A stretch of DNA of 64,000 bases from Camelus dromedarius (Eukaryota). How positions within the stretch are numbered: position 1 is the first letter of the stretch; every line of letters begins with the position of its first letter. Below, piece by piece: positions 14,084 to 27,884 of the stretch. The notes under the pieces were generated by a model. That model was not told the origin of the DNA. It worked only from the letters and a program-made list of their open reading frames with translations, and did no database searches. The position numbers were made by a program, and so were the translations under genes. Location of the stretch: the NCBI RefSeq assembly GCF_036321535.1, contig NC_087436.1, forward strand, positions 13,516,001 through 13,580,000. The letters are read 5' to 3'.

Positions 14084-14225
14084 GGGAGGAGGGTATAGCT
14101 CAGTGGCAGAGCTCATGTTTAGCATGCAAGAAGTCCTGAGTTCAATCCCCAGTACCTCCACTAAATAAACAAACAACTACTTACCCCCCAAAAGAATTTA
14201 ATAAAAAAAGGGAAAATTTTTTTAA
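14084..14225 (+). mobile_element. tRNA-derived SINE
   Basis: gggtatagctcagtgg A box, gagttcaatccc B box, A-rich tail. Confidence 0.85.
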
Positions 14226-14536
14226 AAACGATGTGAACACCTGTGTCAGCCTTCCTTGTGTGTTTGTCTCTTCATGTCCTGAAAGAATACTCCTAGAATA
14301 TTCTATAGTAGAATAGATGAACACTTAAAATTTTGCCAGATTTCTCCAGAGAACTTGTCTTCACATATAGGCACACCTGAATTGCATGAGAAAGCATTTT
14401 TTCCCTTGTCATTCTTTTAGGGGAAAATTATACCTCCTTGTTATGAATATTTTTTTCTTTTTAATGTTAGTTTGTATTAAAGTTTCATACATCCACAATT
14501 TAAGGAGTCAAATAATTCTACAAGACTGAAAACAAC

Positions 14537-14559
14537 CACACACACACACACACACACAC
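14537..14559. repeat. (CA)n microsatellite, about 11 units
   Basis: Read directly. Confidence 0.9.
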
Positions 14560-15943
14560 AAACCCCAGCAGCCCCACTCGCACTCGCCATCCCCATTCCT
14601 GATGTCCGCTCCCCAGAGGCAACGATTTTCAGCACTTTCAGCCGTCTTTTCTGCTACACACCCCCTATTTTAAATAACACAGTTGTACAGCACCTCGATT
14701 TCTAGTCACTGGTGTGGTTTCATTGATCCTCTGCTATGGATGATGAGAACTCTGCTCTCTCACACCAGCTTGTCCCCCCATCCCGCTCCCACTCCCTTCC
14801 TTTCTCCCATCCTCTCAGTTTAGTTACATCACAAGTGTTGGCGAAGTCTTCATTCACCAGTTACGTTAGTGAATCTAAGTGGGTACCATCACTCTCAGCT
14901 GGGTCACACATCCATGCGCTACATATGCACCCTGTATCATTCTGCTCTCCCGTGAGTTTCATGTTTTGGCATCCTCAGCTTTCTGTGTACCAGTGCCCTG
15001 TTCATCCCCCGACCCTCTGCCGGAATTGTTCCTATCTTCTCGACACACTGGAACACATCGGCTGATCTCTTGGCTTCATCTTTTTCTTGGAGATACACTT
15101 GGTGAAACATCATGTTCCTGGTCCAGTCTAGGCTGGCTGCACCCTCAGCCCGCTGCCCAGACACCCATCCTGGAGGCCCCTCCACCATCCTCCTGGGGGG
15201 TCCCTTCACCTGGAGGGGACTGGCCTGGTTGCAGCCCAGTTTCCTGGAAATCCTGTTTTTCTCTTTCTCCATATTTTAGTGGAGCCTCCTGAGACAGGAG
15301 ATGAATTTTTTTTGTTGTTTTTTGTTTTTGTTTTTTAAAATTTGAGATTATAGTATTTCCTTACAAGAGGAACGTTTTAACAAATTTTACATGTGTCAAT
15401 CAACACTTGTTCAAATTGGGCACACATCAAATCTAGCATTATGGGAGTTTTATTTATTTGGAAGTGAACCTCTATCAGTACAGATGCCAAGATACTCCAC
15501 AAAACATCCACAGGAACTGTTTTCATCTTTGTAAAATTGTTCACAAACATTTCCTATATAATCCAACATAAAACAGAGAAATGGTACATGTTTGTCTTTC
15601 AGTGTGCATACAATGGAAAAACAAGAATACATGTATATTTTACAAAGTAACTAACAGACACTAGCAAGCTGACAGTTTTAGTCTGTAGGTGAGAGGAGGT
15701 GAATGCTTTTAAAATTTTGCATGTCTGTAAATATCTGTATTCTGCCTCCAAACTTGAGTGGTAGTTTGTCTATAGAAGTAATTTTCACTCAGAGATTTCA
15801 GCATTTCGCTCTGCTGTCTTGTAACTCGTGGAACTGGTGTTCGGAGGTCCCCTGGGCTCCCGAGCTTGGATCTTTTGCATTTGACCCGTGTTTTCTCTCT
15901 GGATCGGCTTTTCCTTTTGAATCACAATTTTCAGATTTCCTAC

Positions 15944-15980
15944 TGATGTGATGTGATGTGATGTGATGTGATGTGATGTG
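15944..15980. repeat. (TGATG)7 pentanucleotide microsatellite
   Basis: Perfect tandem array read directly. Confidence 0.95.
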
Positions 15981-16817
15981 GCTCCTTTTTCATTTATGTC
16001 CTGGGCCCCTGGTGAGTCTTCTCATTTGAAAACAGACGTCTTTCAATCCTTGGGAATTTTCTTGTATCATTTTTTAAAAATGTCTTGCTATCAGCCAACT
16101 CTATTCTCTTGGTCTGGAACTCCTATTTTTTGGTTATGAGATTTCCTGGCCAGATTCTCTAAATTTCTTATATTTTCTTTTTTCTTTTCCATCTCTTTGG
16201 GGGAGGGGCAGTTTAGTTATTCTCTCCGAGGGAGTTTCATAATTTATCTTCAACTTTCCCATTAGATTTTTCTATTTCTGTTCTCAAATTTTACGTTTCT
16301 AAGAGCTTTCATTTGGTTACATCTTTGAAGCCTGGTGTCCTTGTCATCATGGACACAGAACCAACCCTCTCCTGTCTCCAGCACCTGGTGATCTTTGGCC
16401 ATCAGCTTGTGTTTAAGTGGAGACACTAAAATACTATTTGGAAGCTCTTGTAAGCAGGAGAGCCTGCTGACAGGCAGGCCGCACTGGAGGGTGACCCAGC
16501 GGGGCCTTTTCATAGGGAGAATGGTGACGGTCCACTTCTGCAAGTCTTTTCTCTTGGCCTGGATGATTTCTGTTTGCTGCCTGGCGGCCAGCATCCCTAG
16601 CCAAGCGACAGGCCTGCCTCTAACAGGCCCCGGGTACCAATAAAGGCCCACCTGCCACACGTCTAAAGATTATAAACCACGCTGCTCCGACAGCCCTACC
16701 TGCAGTCCACCCATGACCTGGGCAGCCTGCTTGACCCACAGTTTGTAGGAACCACACTCTCCCCACCTGCACCACTATTTACACACCTGAGTGGAGCGAG
16801 GACCTGCTGCGGCTGGA

Positions 16818-17275
16818 TGTGCATATATGTCTCCCAGAGCTGCCGTAATAGAAATCTATTCCTTCACAGTTCTGGAGGCCAGACATCCAAAATCTACATA
16901 TCGGCAGGGCCATGAGCCCCCCAAAGGCTCTGCAGGCAAATCCTTCCTTGCCTCTTCCAGCTCTGGGCGACTCCAGGTGTCTCTAGCTTGGAGCTGTGTA
17001 TCTCCAGTCTCTGCCTCTGAATTCACATGGCCTCCTCCTCTGTGTGTCTTTGGGTGTCAAATCTCCCTCTGACTTTCTTTTATATAAAGTCACCAGCCTT
17101 TTGATTTAGGGCCTCCCCTGAACCTTGGATAATCCCATCCCAAGATCTTTAACTTGATGACATCCACAAAGACCCTATTTTGAAATAAGATCACAGTCAC
17201 GGGTACCTGAGGGTAAGAACTGGACATATCTTTTGGGGAGGGGTTGGTTGGGAGGGACAGCATTCAACCCACCCC
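16818..17275 (-). mobile_element. MaLR LTR (MLT1-type)
   Basis: cacagttctggaggc, tccttccttgcctcttccagc and cattcaaccc motifs. Confidence 0.75.
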
Positions 17276-17743
17276 AGCACCTAAACCAGGGATGAAGCCT
17301 GGTCCCGTCAAACGCCCCAAAGATCCACGGTTGGAAGCCGCCCTCCCATCACCCTCTCTAGCCCCTCCACACTCGCCTCCTCACTTTTCAGACTCAGGGT
17401 TTCCAGGCAGTTTGTAGCTGCTTCCAAACTACCCCACTGCAGTGGTGGGGAGAGAGGCGGTGCAGTTAGTAAGGGAACCCGGTCTGCCTGGACACCAGCT
17501 TTTGGGTGGGGGGGTGGGGTGCAAGTTAACACCTCTATCTCTGATTTCCCAGGGCCCAAGCTCTTCTTTATTTCCTCTCTTTTTACCCCAATCCACCTGA
17601 ACATGCCAGCCCTACACCAGCCCTCCTCCATCAATTTCTACTCAGTTACCAAACTTTCAAAAATTTTCTTAAGAGATAGAAAGGACTAAACGGAAATGTG
17701 TGTCTCTTTTGGATTAAATTGTAAGTGCTCTTTTTCCTATTCA

Positions 17744-18250
17744 AGAGGCAGGAGGGAAGGGGCAAGGCACAACCACTGAAGGAATGACACAATGATTGAG
17801 GACAGGACAGACTGGCTAGAACCAAGATGGCGGAAGATTCGACTTCCGGGAGACCTTGAGCCTCATGGCGCACCACCCACAGCCTCCATGACAGTGCCTC
17901 GGCTGACCAAAAAAGGGCAAACATAGGCAGGGGCCAATTCCTGGAAATCCCCGCCCCTTCCCCAACACTACTGAAATAATCCTCCCTCTTGTTATCATAT
18001 GAAATTACTGAGCCCGTAAAAACTGACAACCCACTCTCTCTTGCCTTCTGAGACAGCTGACAACCTGCCTATGGAGTGTGTATCTACTTTTACTTTAAAC
18101 TAAACACCCCTGCATCTCATGGCCTCTCTCCCTCTTGCCTTTTGAGATGGCCAGCACTCTGTCTGTCGAATGTGTATCTCCCTGAATAAATCTGGTTTCA
18201 CTTTACTATGACCTCGCACTTGAATTCTTTCCTGCGCGAAGAGAAGAACC
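17744..18250 (+). mobile_element. ERV1 solo LTR, MER41-like
   Basis: Starts gaggcaggag; has aataaa followed by aattctttcctgcgcgaag..aagaacc, as I recall for MER41-type LTR ends; CpG-richer than its flanks. Confidence 0.65.
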
Positions 18251-19190
18251 TATTTTCTAGCAATAAAGTTACTAACTTCTTGCCCTCACATATGTTGTAT
18301 TTTCTTCAGTTTAATTTGTCTTTGAAATATAGGTGATGACAATGTAATTTGATTTTTATGTCCTCAAAATCTACCGATTTTTTTTTTTACTTTATAGTTT
18401 CTGGGCTCCAAGTCACACTTAGAAATGCCTTCTCCACTGCGGGATTATTAAAATATTTACTCATATTTACTTCTAGTGCTTTTAAGATTTTCTTTTTTAC
18501 GTTTAAATATTTGATCCTTCTGGAATTTATTTTGAAGCCGGGTATGTATCCAGCGTTATATTTTTCCCAAATGACTAGCTAATGGTTTCAATGGAACAAA
18601 CCATTTTTTCCCTCAGTGATTTGAAGTGACCCGCTTATCGTATACAATGGGGCCTGCTGCTGAACTTTCTGTTCTGTTCACTCATCTGTCTTCCTGTTCC
18701 TGGGCCAGTAAGGCTTTTAGTTAATTTCTGTGGCTGTATTGTGAATTTCAGTGCCTGAGAGGCCAAGCCCCGGGTCTTCACTCTTTTTCTGAATTTTCCT
18801 GGCTATCCTCATGCTAATCCTTCAGATGAATTTTAGTGTCATTTCAATTTCCAGAATATAAATGCTCTTAAGAGCATCGAAGGGCTTACATAATAACATA
18901 ACAGAAAAAAAATTGTCAGAAAGTAGGTTCTGCCCTAGAAAAAAATAGTGTCCTACGGGGAACTGTTACTAGCTAGAAAAGAGTTGTCTCTAAGAATGTC
19001 ATCATCACCATCACCATCATTGTCATTGTTTGCTTTTTCCCCAGGAAATAAGAATATTGTTTCAATACCCCTTGATCTAAGGAAGTTCTTAATTGCATTT
19101 AGCAGAAATCTTTCCAGCTACAATTTCCACTCTTGAAGCTTCCCTGGTCAGCAGTAGAATAATTTATTATACTTCATTAAAAATGACTTG

Positions 19191-19324
19191 GGAACGGGAG
19201 GGCACAGTTCAGTGGTAGAGCCTGTGTTTAGCACGCACGAGGTCCTGGGTTCAATCCCCAGTACCTCCACTGAAATAAATAAGTAAATAAATAAAAACCT
19301 CATTGCCACCCCCTTTTCCCTCCG
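19191..19324 (+). mobile_element. tRNA-derived SINE
   Basis: tRNA-like head; TSD aaaatgacttg on both sides. Confidence 0.85.
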
Positions 19325-19335
19325 AAAATGACTTG

Positions 19336-19606
19336 AGAAACAGACTCACAGATATAGAAAACAAACTAGTGGTTACCAAAGTGGAAAGGAAAGGGGCGGG
19401 GACAAACTAAGGGTGTGGGATTAAGAGAAACAAACTACTACAAAATAGATAAGCAACAAGGATATACTATATCACACAGGGAATTATAGCCATTATTTTG
19501 TATTAACTTTTAATGGAGTATAATCTGTAAAAAATACTGAATCACTATGCTGTATACCTGAAACTAATAGAATATGGTGACTCAACTATACCTCAATTAA
19601 AAACAA
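19336..19606 (+). mobile_element. L1 3' UTR fragment
   Basis: gaaacagactcacaga...aactatacctcaattaaaaa. Confidence 0.85.
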
Positions 19607-21381
19607 AGAGACTTGGAATCTGGTGGATAGTTACACGTTTATGCCCAGGGCTATATTGCTTGTAAAAGTCAAAGGGAATTTGTCTTCTCAATTGAACTAA
19701 AAACCCAGTTCCCTGTTTTAAGCTGATTTGAACAAGAAGCACCATGAACCCAAAGATCTTGAACAGCAAAAAGAGAAGGACCCAGGGAGTTTCTTGGTTA
19801 TAACGTTTATTGAGATAATTGGCCCTTGGATGAAGCACCTTCTTACAAAACTCTCATCCTGTGTCTTATTTATACTCACAATATTCCAGGGAAGCAGACA
19901 AGAACAGTTTTTATATCAATCTCCAGTTTCTAAGAAGGAAATGGAGACAAGCCCAGGTTAGTGATGTGCCCAACGTCAACCCAGTGTCTTCTGAGTCAGC
20001 TCGGTGTTTGATGCTGAGTGGTGCTGGGTGGCTGCATGGCTCAGGGCCCCAAACCCATCCAGTGTTTTCTCCCTCAAAGCAGATGTCTCCCTCAGCAGAG
20101 TGGGACCTTTCGGACAAAGGAGGGGGCTCATGTACTGCTATTCCCTGGGGGCTGCCACTGAGGTCTTGCAGCTGGAAGGCGGCCTTGGAACCCAGGTGCT
20201 GTGACCTCCATTTGGATGTCAGGGACCACCTGGTGGGATCAGCCAATAGGCAGAGAGCTGTGCAGATGCTGCCAGCATCACCTACTGCCTCACCCACTTC
20301 CTCTCTCCCAGCATCAACCAGCAAGTCCTAGCTTTGGACAGACACTGCCTAAGCCTCTGCTTGGCTGTGTCATCCGGTGTTTTCACCTCTCTTGCAAGGG
20401 CACCCCTCCAGCCTCTGACCAAGGCACAGACGTTATTGTGGAACCGGCGTACAGGAGAAATCCTAGCCCGAACGATGAATGACGTTGTTTCTTTCCGTCT
20501 GTCAGAATTACTTCTGCCACTTAAGGAAAACAAAGTGGGGAAGAAAAATCTGGTTAATGTCAGGTTTATGTAACAAATGTTTTATTTGCTTTGTCTTCTT
20601 TGCCATCATTGGGGATTTTAGCTTTTAATGCTACTGGACTTGGGATAAAGTTGTTTCCTCCATGAAAGTTACACAATGATGTCTTTCCAGTGATTGGCCT
20701 TAAAGGCTTCAAATGACCAAATGGAGTGGATTAGCAGTGACCAATGGAAGACAGCATGTGGGTACACCATGTAGGTCGGCCAGAAGCATCTCCTGGGGAT
20801 GGTCTCTGTGGTTTCCAGCTCAGTCTTCAGGGCAAGGCCAGGTTACCCCTACTTCCCAGGAGTCAAGGTTTAAATTAAGGTAAATTAGCAGGAGGACATG
20901 AACATGCTCCAAATAAGTAACTGGAAAGCTCGTCTCAAAAACCTTAAATTTGGAGATGGCATTTACTCATTGGCATCATTCAGTTCACCAGCAAAATGGA
21001 GGGATTTTTAGATGTTCTCCAATTCACACATCATATACCAGCAGCCAGGGTGACACTGCCACTCTCTACAACCTCGACTGAATTGCCGGACAAAACCACA
21101 GAACGGGCCTCATCTGGTTCTCTGACCTAGAAAGCAGAATCGAATCTTTGTTGATCTTTATTGACATTGACCTGCTTACTGTCTTGTTTTGGATGTGTAC
21201 CTGTGTGCGTATTTTTTAGTTCCATAAGCAAATATTCTATTAGAGCTCCCATCCTCAATTATTCCAGTACTAAGAAACATCACTATTTATCATGGTTTCA
21301 GTTTCCCATGTCATGTTCTAAAATGCAAGCTAAGAAAATGAGAAAGTTTTGAGAAGGACTTTTTTTTTTTATGTTTTTCAG

Positions 21382-21419
21382 ATCTCTCACACAAAGCTTT
21401 CTGCTGATGATGAGTGGAA
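21382..21419 (+). CDS. RNF175: RNF175 exon 2 (ISHTKLSADDEW-N), 38 nt
   Basis: poly-T tract + cag acceptor, gtaagt donor; SHTKLSA motif; phases fit the neighbours. Confidence 0.92.
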
Positions 21420-22829
21420 GTAAGTGATTTGTATTTGTTTTACAGCTGGTATACTAAAAATGAATCTCCATCTCCACTGTTTGAGAAATTAAATGAAGCT
21501 CTCATTTTATTTATAAATTTCCTGGGGTAGAAGGTGAGTTAGTATGGCCATGTGTGCACAATGATCTTATAGACCAAAACTGCAGGGATTTCTTCTGTTT
21601 TCTACAGTGGGCTACACACTGTCCCACAAAGATGTCTGTCCTTCAGTATGTGTCCTTACATGTCCTTTCCTTTTTGGCACAAGACACACCTAGTTTTCTT
21701 TATAGGCTGTTTCTCCTGTGTTATGGTACCTACTGTGGGGCCATGGGCACCAGACGGAATGAAACAAAAATGAAATGGCCCTCCTTTTTTGTATTATGGT
21801 CACCACTAGTGAATGCATTCCTAATCAAAATAGAAAATACTTCTCACATTTGTACACTACTTTATAGTTTCGAAAGTACTTCCACATACGTTAACCATCT
21901 GAGATGCACCTTCACTGTATATACATAGAAGAGATGAAATGTCCTGGAGTGTGTTTTGTTTGATATCTGTGCAAGTCCTGTCTTAGCCTGATGACAAATT
22001 CACTCTTCTCTCTACATGTGGCCTCTGTTGAAGCTTGTTCATTACATAGAATATGAAATAGTTACTTTTGATTGGGGGGCTGTACAAACTATAACTAAGT
22101 GCTCGCACTTCTTATTTTTCTTCACTTCCCATTTCTTCAGAAGAGTGAATATATCTTTTTAAAGAGCCTCTAGAAATCATTCTCGGCTTCTAAGCTCAGC
22201 TTCCAACGTGGAGACTAGTAGCCATGTAGTGGTACTCAGTTTGATCACCCGATATGGACTTCAGCTTCTTCACGTGATAAATGAAGGGGTTTCAGTATAT
22301 CTGTGGCACCTCCCAGCGCTAGCATCCTAAGATGCCCTCTCAGAGAAGCTGAACTCAGAGAAGCAGGGCTATTTACTAGGCTCTGTGGGCTCATTTCTGC
22401 ACATTCTCCAGCAGGGGGCACTCCTGGGATTTGGATGGGGCCCTTGACTGAGGCAGCTCTGGAGAAACGCTGGTAAAGGCAGAGATCCAATCCAGGCACC
22501 CAACGAGTGCCTTTAAAAGGTCACAGAGTATGACCCTGGAGAGCTTTCTGGCTGGTACTCTAACTAATGCATATTGTGACCAGTCATAAGTAGAAAATTT
22601 AAGAGATTTTGTGACTGACGATGCCCCACTTGGGGTGAAAGATCACGTTAACCAATATTTATAAAGTAATCGATCGGCCAGATTCATAATTGTTCCCCCA
22701 TTTTCCCTCATCTGGATCCTGGACCACTCTCTCTCCCTCTAGGCCAGTGGATCCCAATCTTGACTGCCCCTTAAAATCACACAGGGAACCTTTAAAAATT
22801 ACTGATGCCTAGATCCAATCCTAGAAATC

Positions 22830-23219
22830 TCTGTCAGTTTGCTCAGGTGGCCACAGCAAAGTACCACAGACTGGGGGCTGGAACAACAGAAATCTATTTT
22901 CTCACAGTTCTGGAGGTTGGAAGTCCAAAGGCAAGGTGTTGGCTGGCTTTGGTTTCTTCTGAAGCCTCCCTCCTTGGCTTGCAGATGACCGCCTTCTCCC
23001 TGTGTCTCCCCACGGCCTTCCCTCTGTGTAAGTCTGTGTCCTCATCGCCTCTCCTTGTAAGGGCACCAGCCATATTGGATTAGGATCCATCCTAATGACC
23101 TCATTTACCTTAATTACCTCTTTAAAGACCCTTTCTCCAAAGACAGTCACATTCTGAGGTCCTGAGGATTAGGACTTCCACATATGAATTTTAAGGGGAC
23201 CCAATTCAGCCTAGAACAT
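22830..23219 (-). mobile_element. MaLR LTR (MLT1-type) inserted into a MER5-type element
   Basis: aaagtaccacagactgg, ctcacagttctggagg and aattcagcc motifs; MER5-like halves at about 22745-22829 and 23220-23310. Confidence 0.8.
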
Positions 23220-24119
23220 CCAGCAATGGTCACTGAATTGATCGAGGGTACAGCTTGGGCACTGTGATTTTTAAAATTTCCAACTTACAGTCCAGGTCAA
23301 GAACCATGACTCTAGACTTTCTTGGAGTCCACTACTGCTGGAGGAAGTTAAACCGGATAACACACTATTTCAGTGGTTTTCTCTACCATTATATAAAATT
23401 AAGAGCCCAACTAAACGCTGAAGCATTTAACCATCCTCTGAATGTTTGTGCCTAAAATAAAACCTACTCTGCAAGACTTTCTCCTTATAATGAAAACAAT
23501 GTATATAATTCAGGTGTTCTCCGGAGCCCAGTGGATAATAGCCTCTCCATAGGTCTCACCTGCAAGATATCCTTTTACTTGAGAATATCAGAAATTATTT
23601 GAAATTACCAATATTTTATTGGATTTTTTTGACTTTCAAAAATGACACTTTCCTATGAATCAGCTTAATAGTAATTATTATTCCTCATATGGGTCCAAAT
23701 AAAATAATATACATGCTTTACAGTTTTGGAACAACCCTGCAAGATACAGAGGGATCATTGTTTGAAATTTGCAAAAGTGGACACAGAGGCTTAGAGAGGA
23801 AAAGTGACTTTCCCAAGGCGATGAAGTAGCAGATCGGGGACTGGAACCCAGGTCTTCCCAGGGCCCATCAGTGAGTTCCCTTACCTTGAAAGGACAAGGC
23901 TGAGGCCAAAAGCACATGGGAAAGCTAAGGGCTAAGCAGAGTTGGTTTTGCTGATAAACTCAGGCTGACCCTTCCCCAAGCCTGGGGAAAAGGGAGGAAC
24001 CAAGAAGGACTTAGGAGAACTTTGCATTCAAAACTTCAAAAACCTGACATTTGAAATCCACAACTGCTTTTCATGAGTTCAGCCTATTTTCCTTTTTTGG
24101 CTGAATGTGCTCGAACTGA

Positions 24120-24612
<493 letters not shown>

Positions 24613-24930
24613 TTAAGTAAACCAACTTTCCTTTTGTGTATGAACGTCTTCTGCCACTGGCCCAGGGCAAGGAGGATTAGGAACAGCAGAACTGAAGGAC
24701 TGAGGCTGTCTAATTTTGCTTCATTAGCAATGAACTGTCTTGGCATTGACGGTTTCCATACCCAGGAAGCGTGTTAATGCAGACACTGCGCTGACCTCAG
24801 CCACACAGATCAGGACCCTGTTGTCACCAATCCCATTTGAGCATGCCCACTGGAACCTTCCCATCTCACGGCCTCAGAGTCATACCCTGGGCTCATCGGG
24901 CCTGAGACCATGGCATTGCAACGTTTAGAG

Positions 24931-25108
24931 CAGTGGTTCTCACGTCTCACAGTGCCTCAGAATCACCTGGAGGGCTCATTAAATCAGATCCCCAGGTCCC
25001 ATCTCTAGAGTTTCTGGTTCAATGGAGACCAAGTGATTTGCACATCTAACCAGTTCCCAGATGGTACTGATGTTACTGGTCCTGGGACTGCATTTTGAGA
25101 ACCAATGG
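24931..25108. mobile_element. MER5A-type hAT element
   Basis: cagtggttctca / tgagaaccaatg termini and cagaatcacctggagggct. Confidence 0.8.
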
Positions 25109-27000
25109 TTTCGACTTGAGTACAGACTAAATACAGAAACAAACGTTGCAAAGGAAAACAATCCTCAATTAACACTCTACATGGTTCTGGGTCTTGGATT
25201 GGTCATTGTACAAGACTTGCCTGTGACATAGAATGTGTTGGCTTAGACCACTATTTTTATCCATCATTTATTTATCCTACATAGCATGGATCTAAAGGAA
25301 TTCTTTTGCATTCTCCACAGGGGAATCTTGTGGGGTTTTTTTCTGTTTGGTTTTCAAGCAAATGCATCCGTTTGCTGTCATGTCATTTCTTGTCAATTAA
25401 AACGAACGCCCTCTACATTATACTTGGACAAATGCTCTTTAATGAAAGATACTGGAATCAAATCTCATTAGTTATTCTCTCTCATATCAAGAAACAGCCC
25501 CTTAAATATATGGTTTCTTTATCTTCAAAATGGAAATACCTAACATAGAAGTCCTAGAGTCCTTAAGAAGAAACTTGGATTCTTCAGGAAAGGGTTCAGA
25601 GCCCTAGTCCTTCCTTCCTTTATAATTATTAATTATTGCTTCTGGATGAGATTTTTTTAAGTTCAGTTTCCTTGATGACACAGGTGCAGATTTTGCATAG
25701 AAGGAAAAGTTCCCTTGAAAGGAAACACCACGTGAGCCAACTGACTTGCTATGTGTCTCACCATTCCTCCACCATTATTATTTGATGATGCTTTGAGGTG
25801 CTCTATGTCAAAAAGAATCTGTCCTTGTCTTGTATTTGAAGAAGTTGCTCCCATGTCAACTCTTTGAAGATGTCAATGCATCTGTCAATGAGTTAACACT
25901 GGCTCTACCTAGACACAGATACACCTACCCATGGGTCAGCGGCCCCTTGAAGGACTTGTTGCCATTGGAGGTTCTGACTCTCAGTGGCTCAGACTACAAC
26001 TGTTGGTTAGCTGGTGTGGTCTGCCCGTTGTTTCCCGTTGCTCAGTGCGCAAGCTGCACTGCCCGGAGTGCTCCAGGCACGTTGCTTTTGCCTGTGCTCC
26101 ACGCCCACCATCTAGGTTTCCTGTCTCCCTACTTCTCACTGTGTCCTACTGTCACACAGCTGCGTTATTTTATGGTTACCCAGAGGGGCTCTGTGGTCCT
26201 AAGGATACCCTGGAGGTGACCAGGTGACCATGATCGTGGCCTCTCTTAGGGTGACCCAGTCTGGCACTTTGACAAAGCTAGGAGCCTGAAGATGCCCGCA
26301 GTGGTCAAGGACAGATTTGGGTCTCATGGCTCCCCACTGGAACTCTTCTGGGTTAGTTCATAGACACAGTTTGGCCTCTAGAATTTTTTCTACTTCTTTG
26401 TCCCATCAGTCCATCTATGATTGCATTGTCCCAAAGGAACAGGTGGAGCAGCCCCTTTCCCCTGCGTGGCTCTGATGACAGTCTTTGGCTCAAGGTGAGA
26501 TGCAGCATGTGCATGATCCCACATGCTCCCTTGCCTTTGCTCCATGCTCTGCAGCTCTTCCTGGGGGTTCACTGCCAGAGCCATCACCAGAACATCGCCA
26601 TTTCAGGAACTCATGTTGATGTACACAACCACTGCAGCTGGAAATGGTTCCCAGAGCAACAGTAGTTGATTCCAGCACTGGTTTCCAGTTTTTTTGTTTT
26701 TTTTTTTACTGTACTCGGCATGAACTGTATCCAAAAACTTGGCCCTAGCACACTACTCAGTTTAATGTCTTGGGGTAGAATTTGATGGATATGTTTCAAC
26801 AAACGCTGACCTAAACAGCCTTATCATCCAAAGGGAACCTAAATTTTAACTTGTTTCTCTTGGCATTTAAGATTATGTAGGTCCTACCAGAGCCACAGAG
26901 AGTTTTGAACATGTTTATAAGGTTCTGAAGTTCTTGGCTTTTTTCTACAAAGGGCCATATAGTGAAGTTTATTTCCATGATTTGATATTGTAACCTCCAC

Positions 27001-27158
27001 CAATATATTAATAATATATTATTATATATAACATATTAATTATAATTACTATAATAATAGTTACTCCATAATAATATTATTACATTACTATAATAATATA
27101 TTTAATATGAAATACTATATATGAATTGATATATAAATGACTATTATGTATTATTACA
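27001..27158. repeat. AT-rich low-complexity tract
   Basis: About 150 bp of almost pure A/T with degenerate TAA/TAT units. Confidence 0.85.
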
Positions 27159-27884
27159 CTCATGATAAGTGATTTTGGTACATTATCTAAGTTACCCTGG
27201 GAGGTAATTATTTTTTATTTCCATTGTGAAATATAGTTCAGAGAGATTAAATAACTTGGTCAAAGTCATATAACTAGTTAGTTGCAAAGAAGAGACGAGA
27301 ATCCAACCTCACTAGTTATTTTCTCTCATATCAGGGATACGCTCCTTCAGTATCTCTGAACTGTGGCTTCCTTACCTGCAAAACGCAAGCACAGCAGATA
27401 GAAACCTACCCCCAAACTTCTCGTGATTCGGAACATTGTCCTGTGAGAATTTCTAGGTACACAGTGAGCGCTCAGTACCATTAGTTGATTCTGAATGCAT
27501 TCAAGAGATATTGTTTGTGTAAAACATGTGTGCAAATTTAATCATACACTGTTAAAGCAGTTTACCAATAAAAGAATCCCTTTCTGAATGCTTCTGTAAA
27601 GCTAAAGTGAATGTGCCCCCCATTAATCTACACTCTCCATTAGGAGATTTTGATGTACTGTTTTCTCCAAGCATTACACCTGTCTATCCCGCCTTGCCAC
27701 ACCCTCCTGCTCTGCCATCTGCTTTGTCTGGGAGTGTTCCCCAGGCTGCTTTTGTGAGATGGGTTAACAGGAACAAGAGGCAGGCTGGTGAAGAGACGAG
27801 AACTGGCTCAGGAGTTACTACATTTTACTACAGTGAGCCTCAGTTTCCTGATTTTTTAAATGATGAGTTTTTTTAAGGTAGAAA

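Noticed and set aside
15944..15980. Regular repeat as a CRISPR-like array
   Set aside because: Simple microsatellite with no spacers, in mammalian DNA
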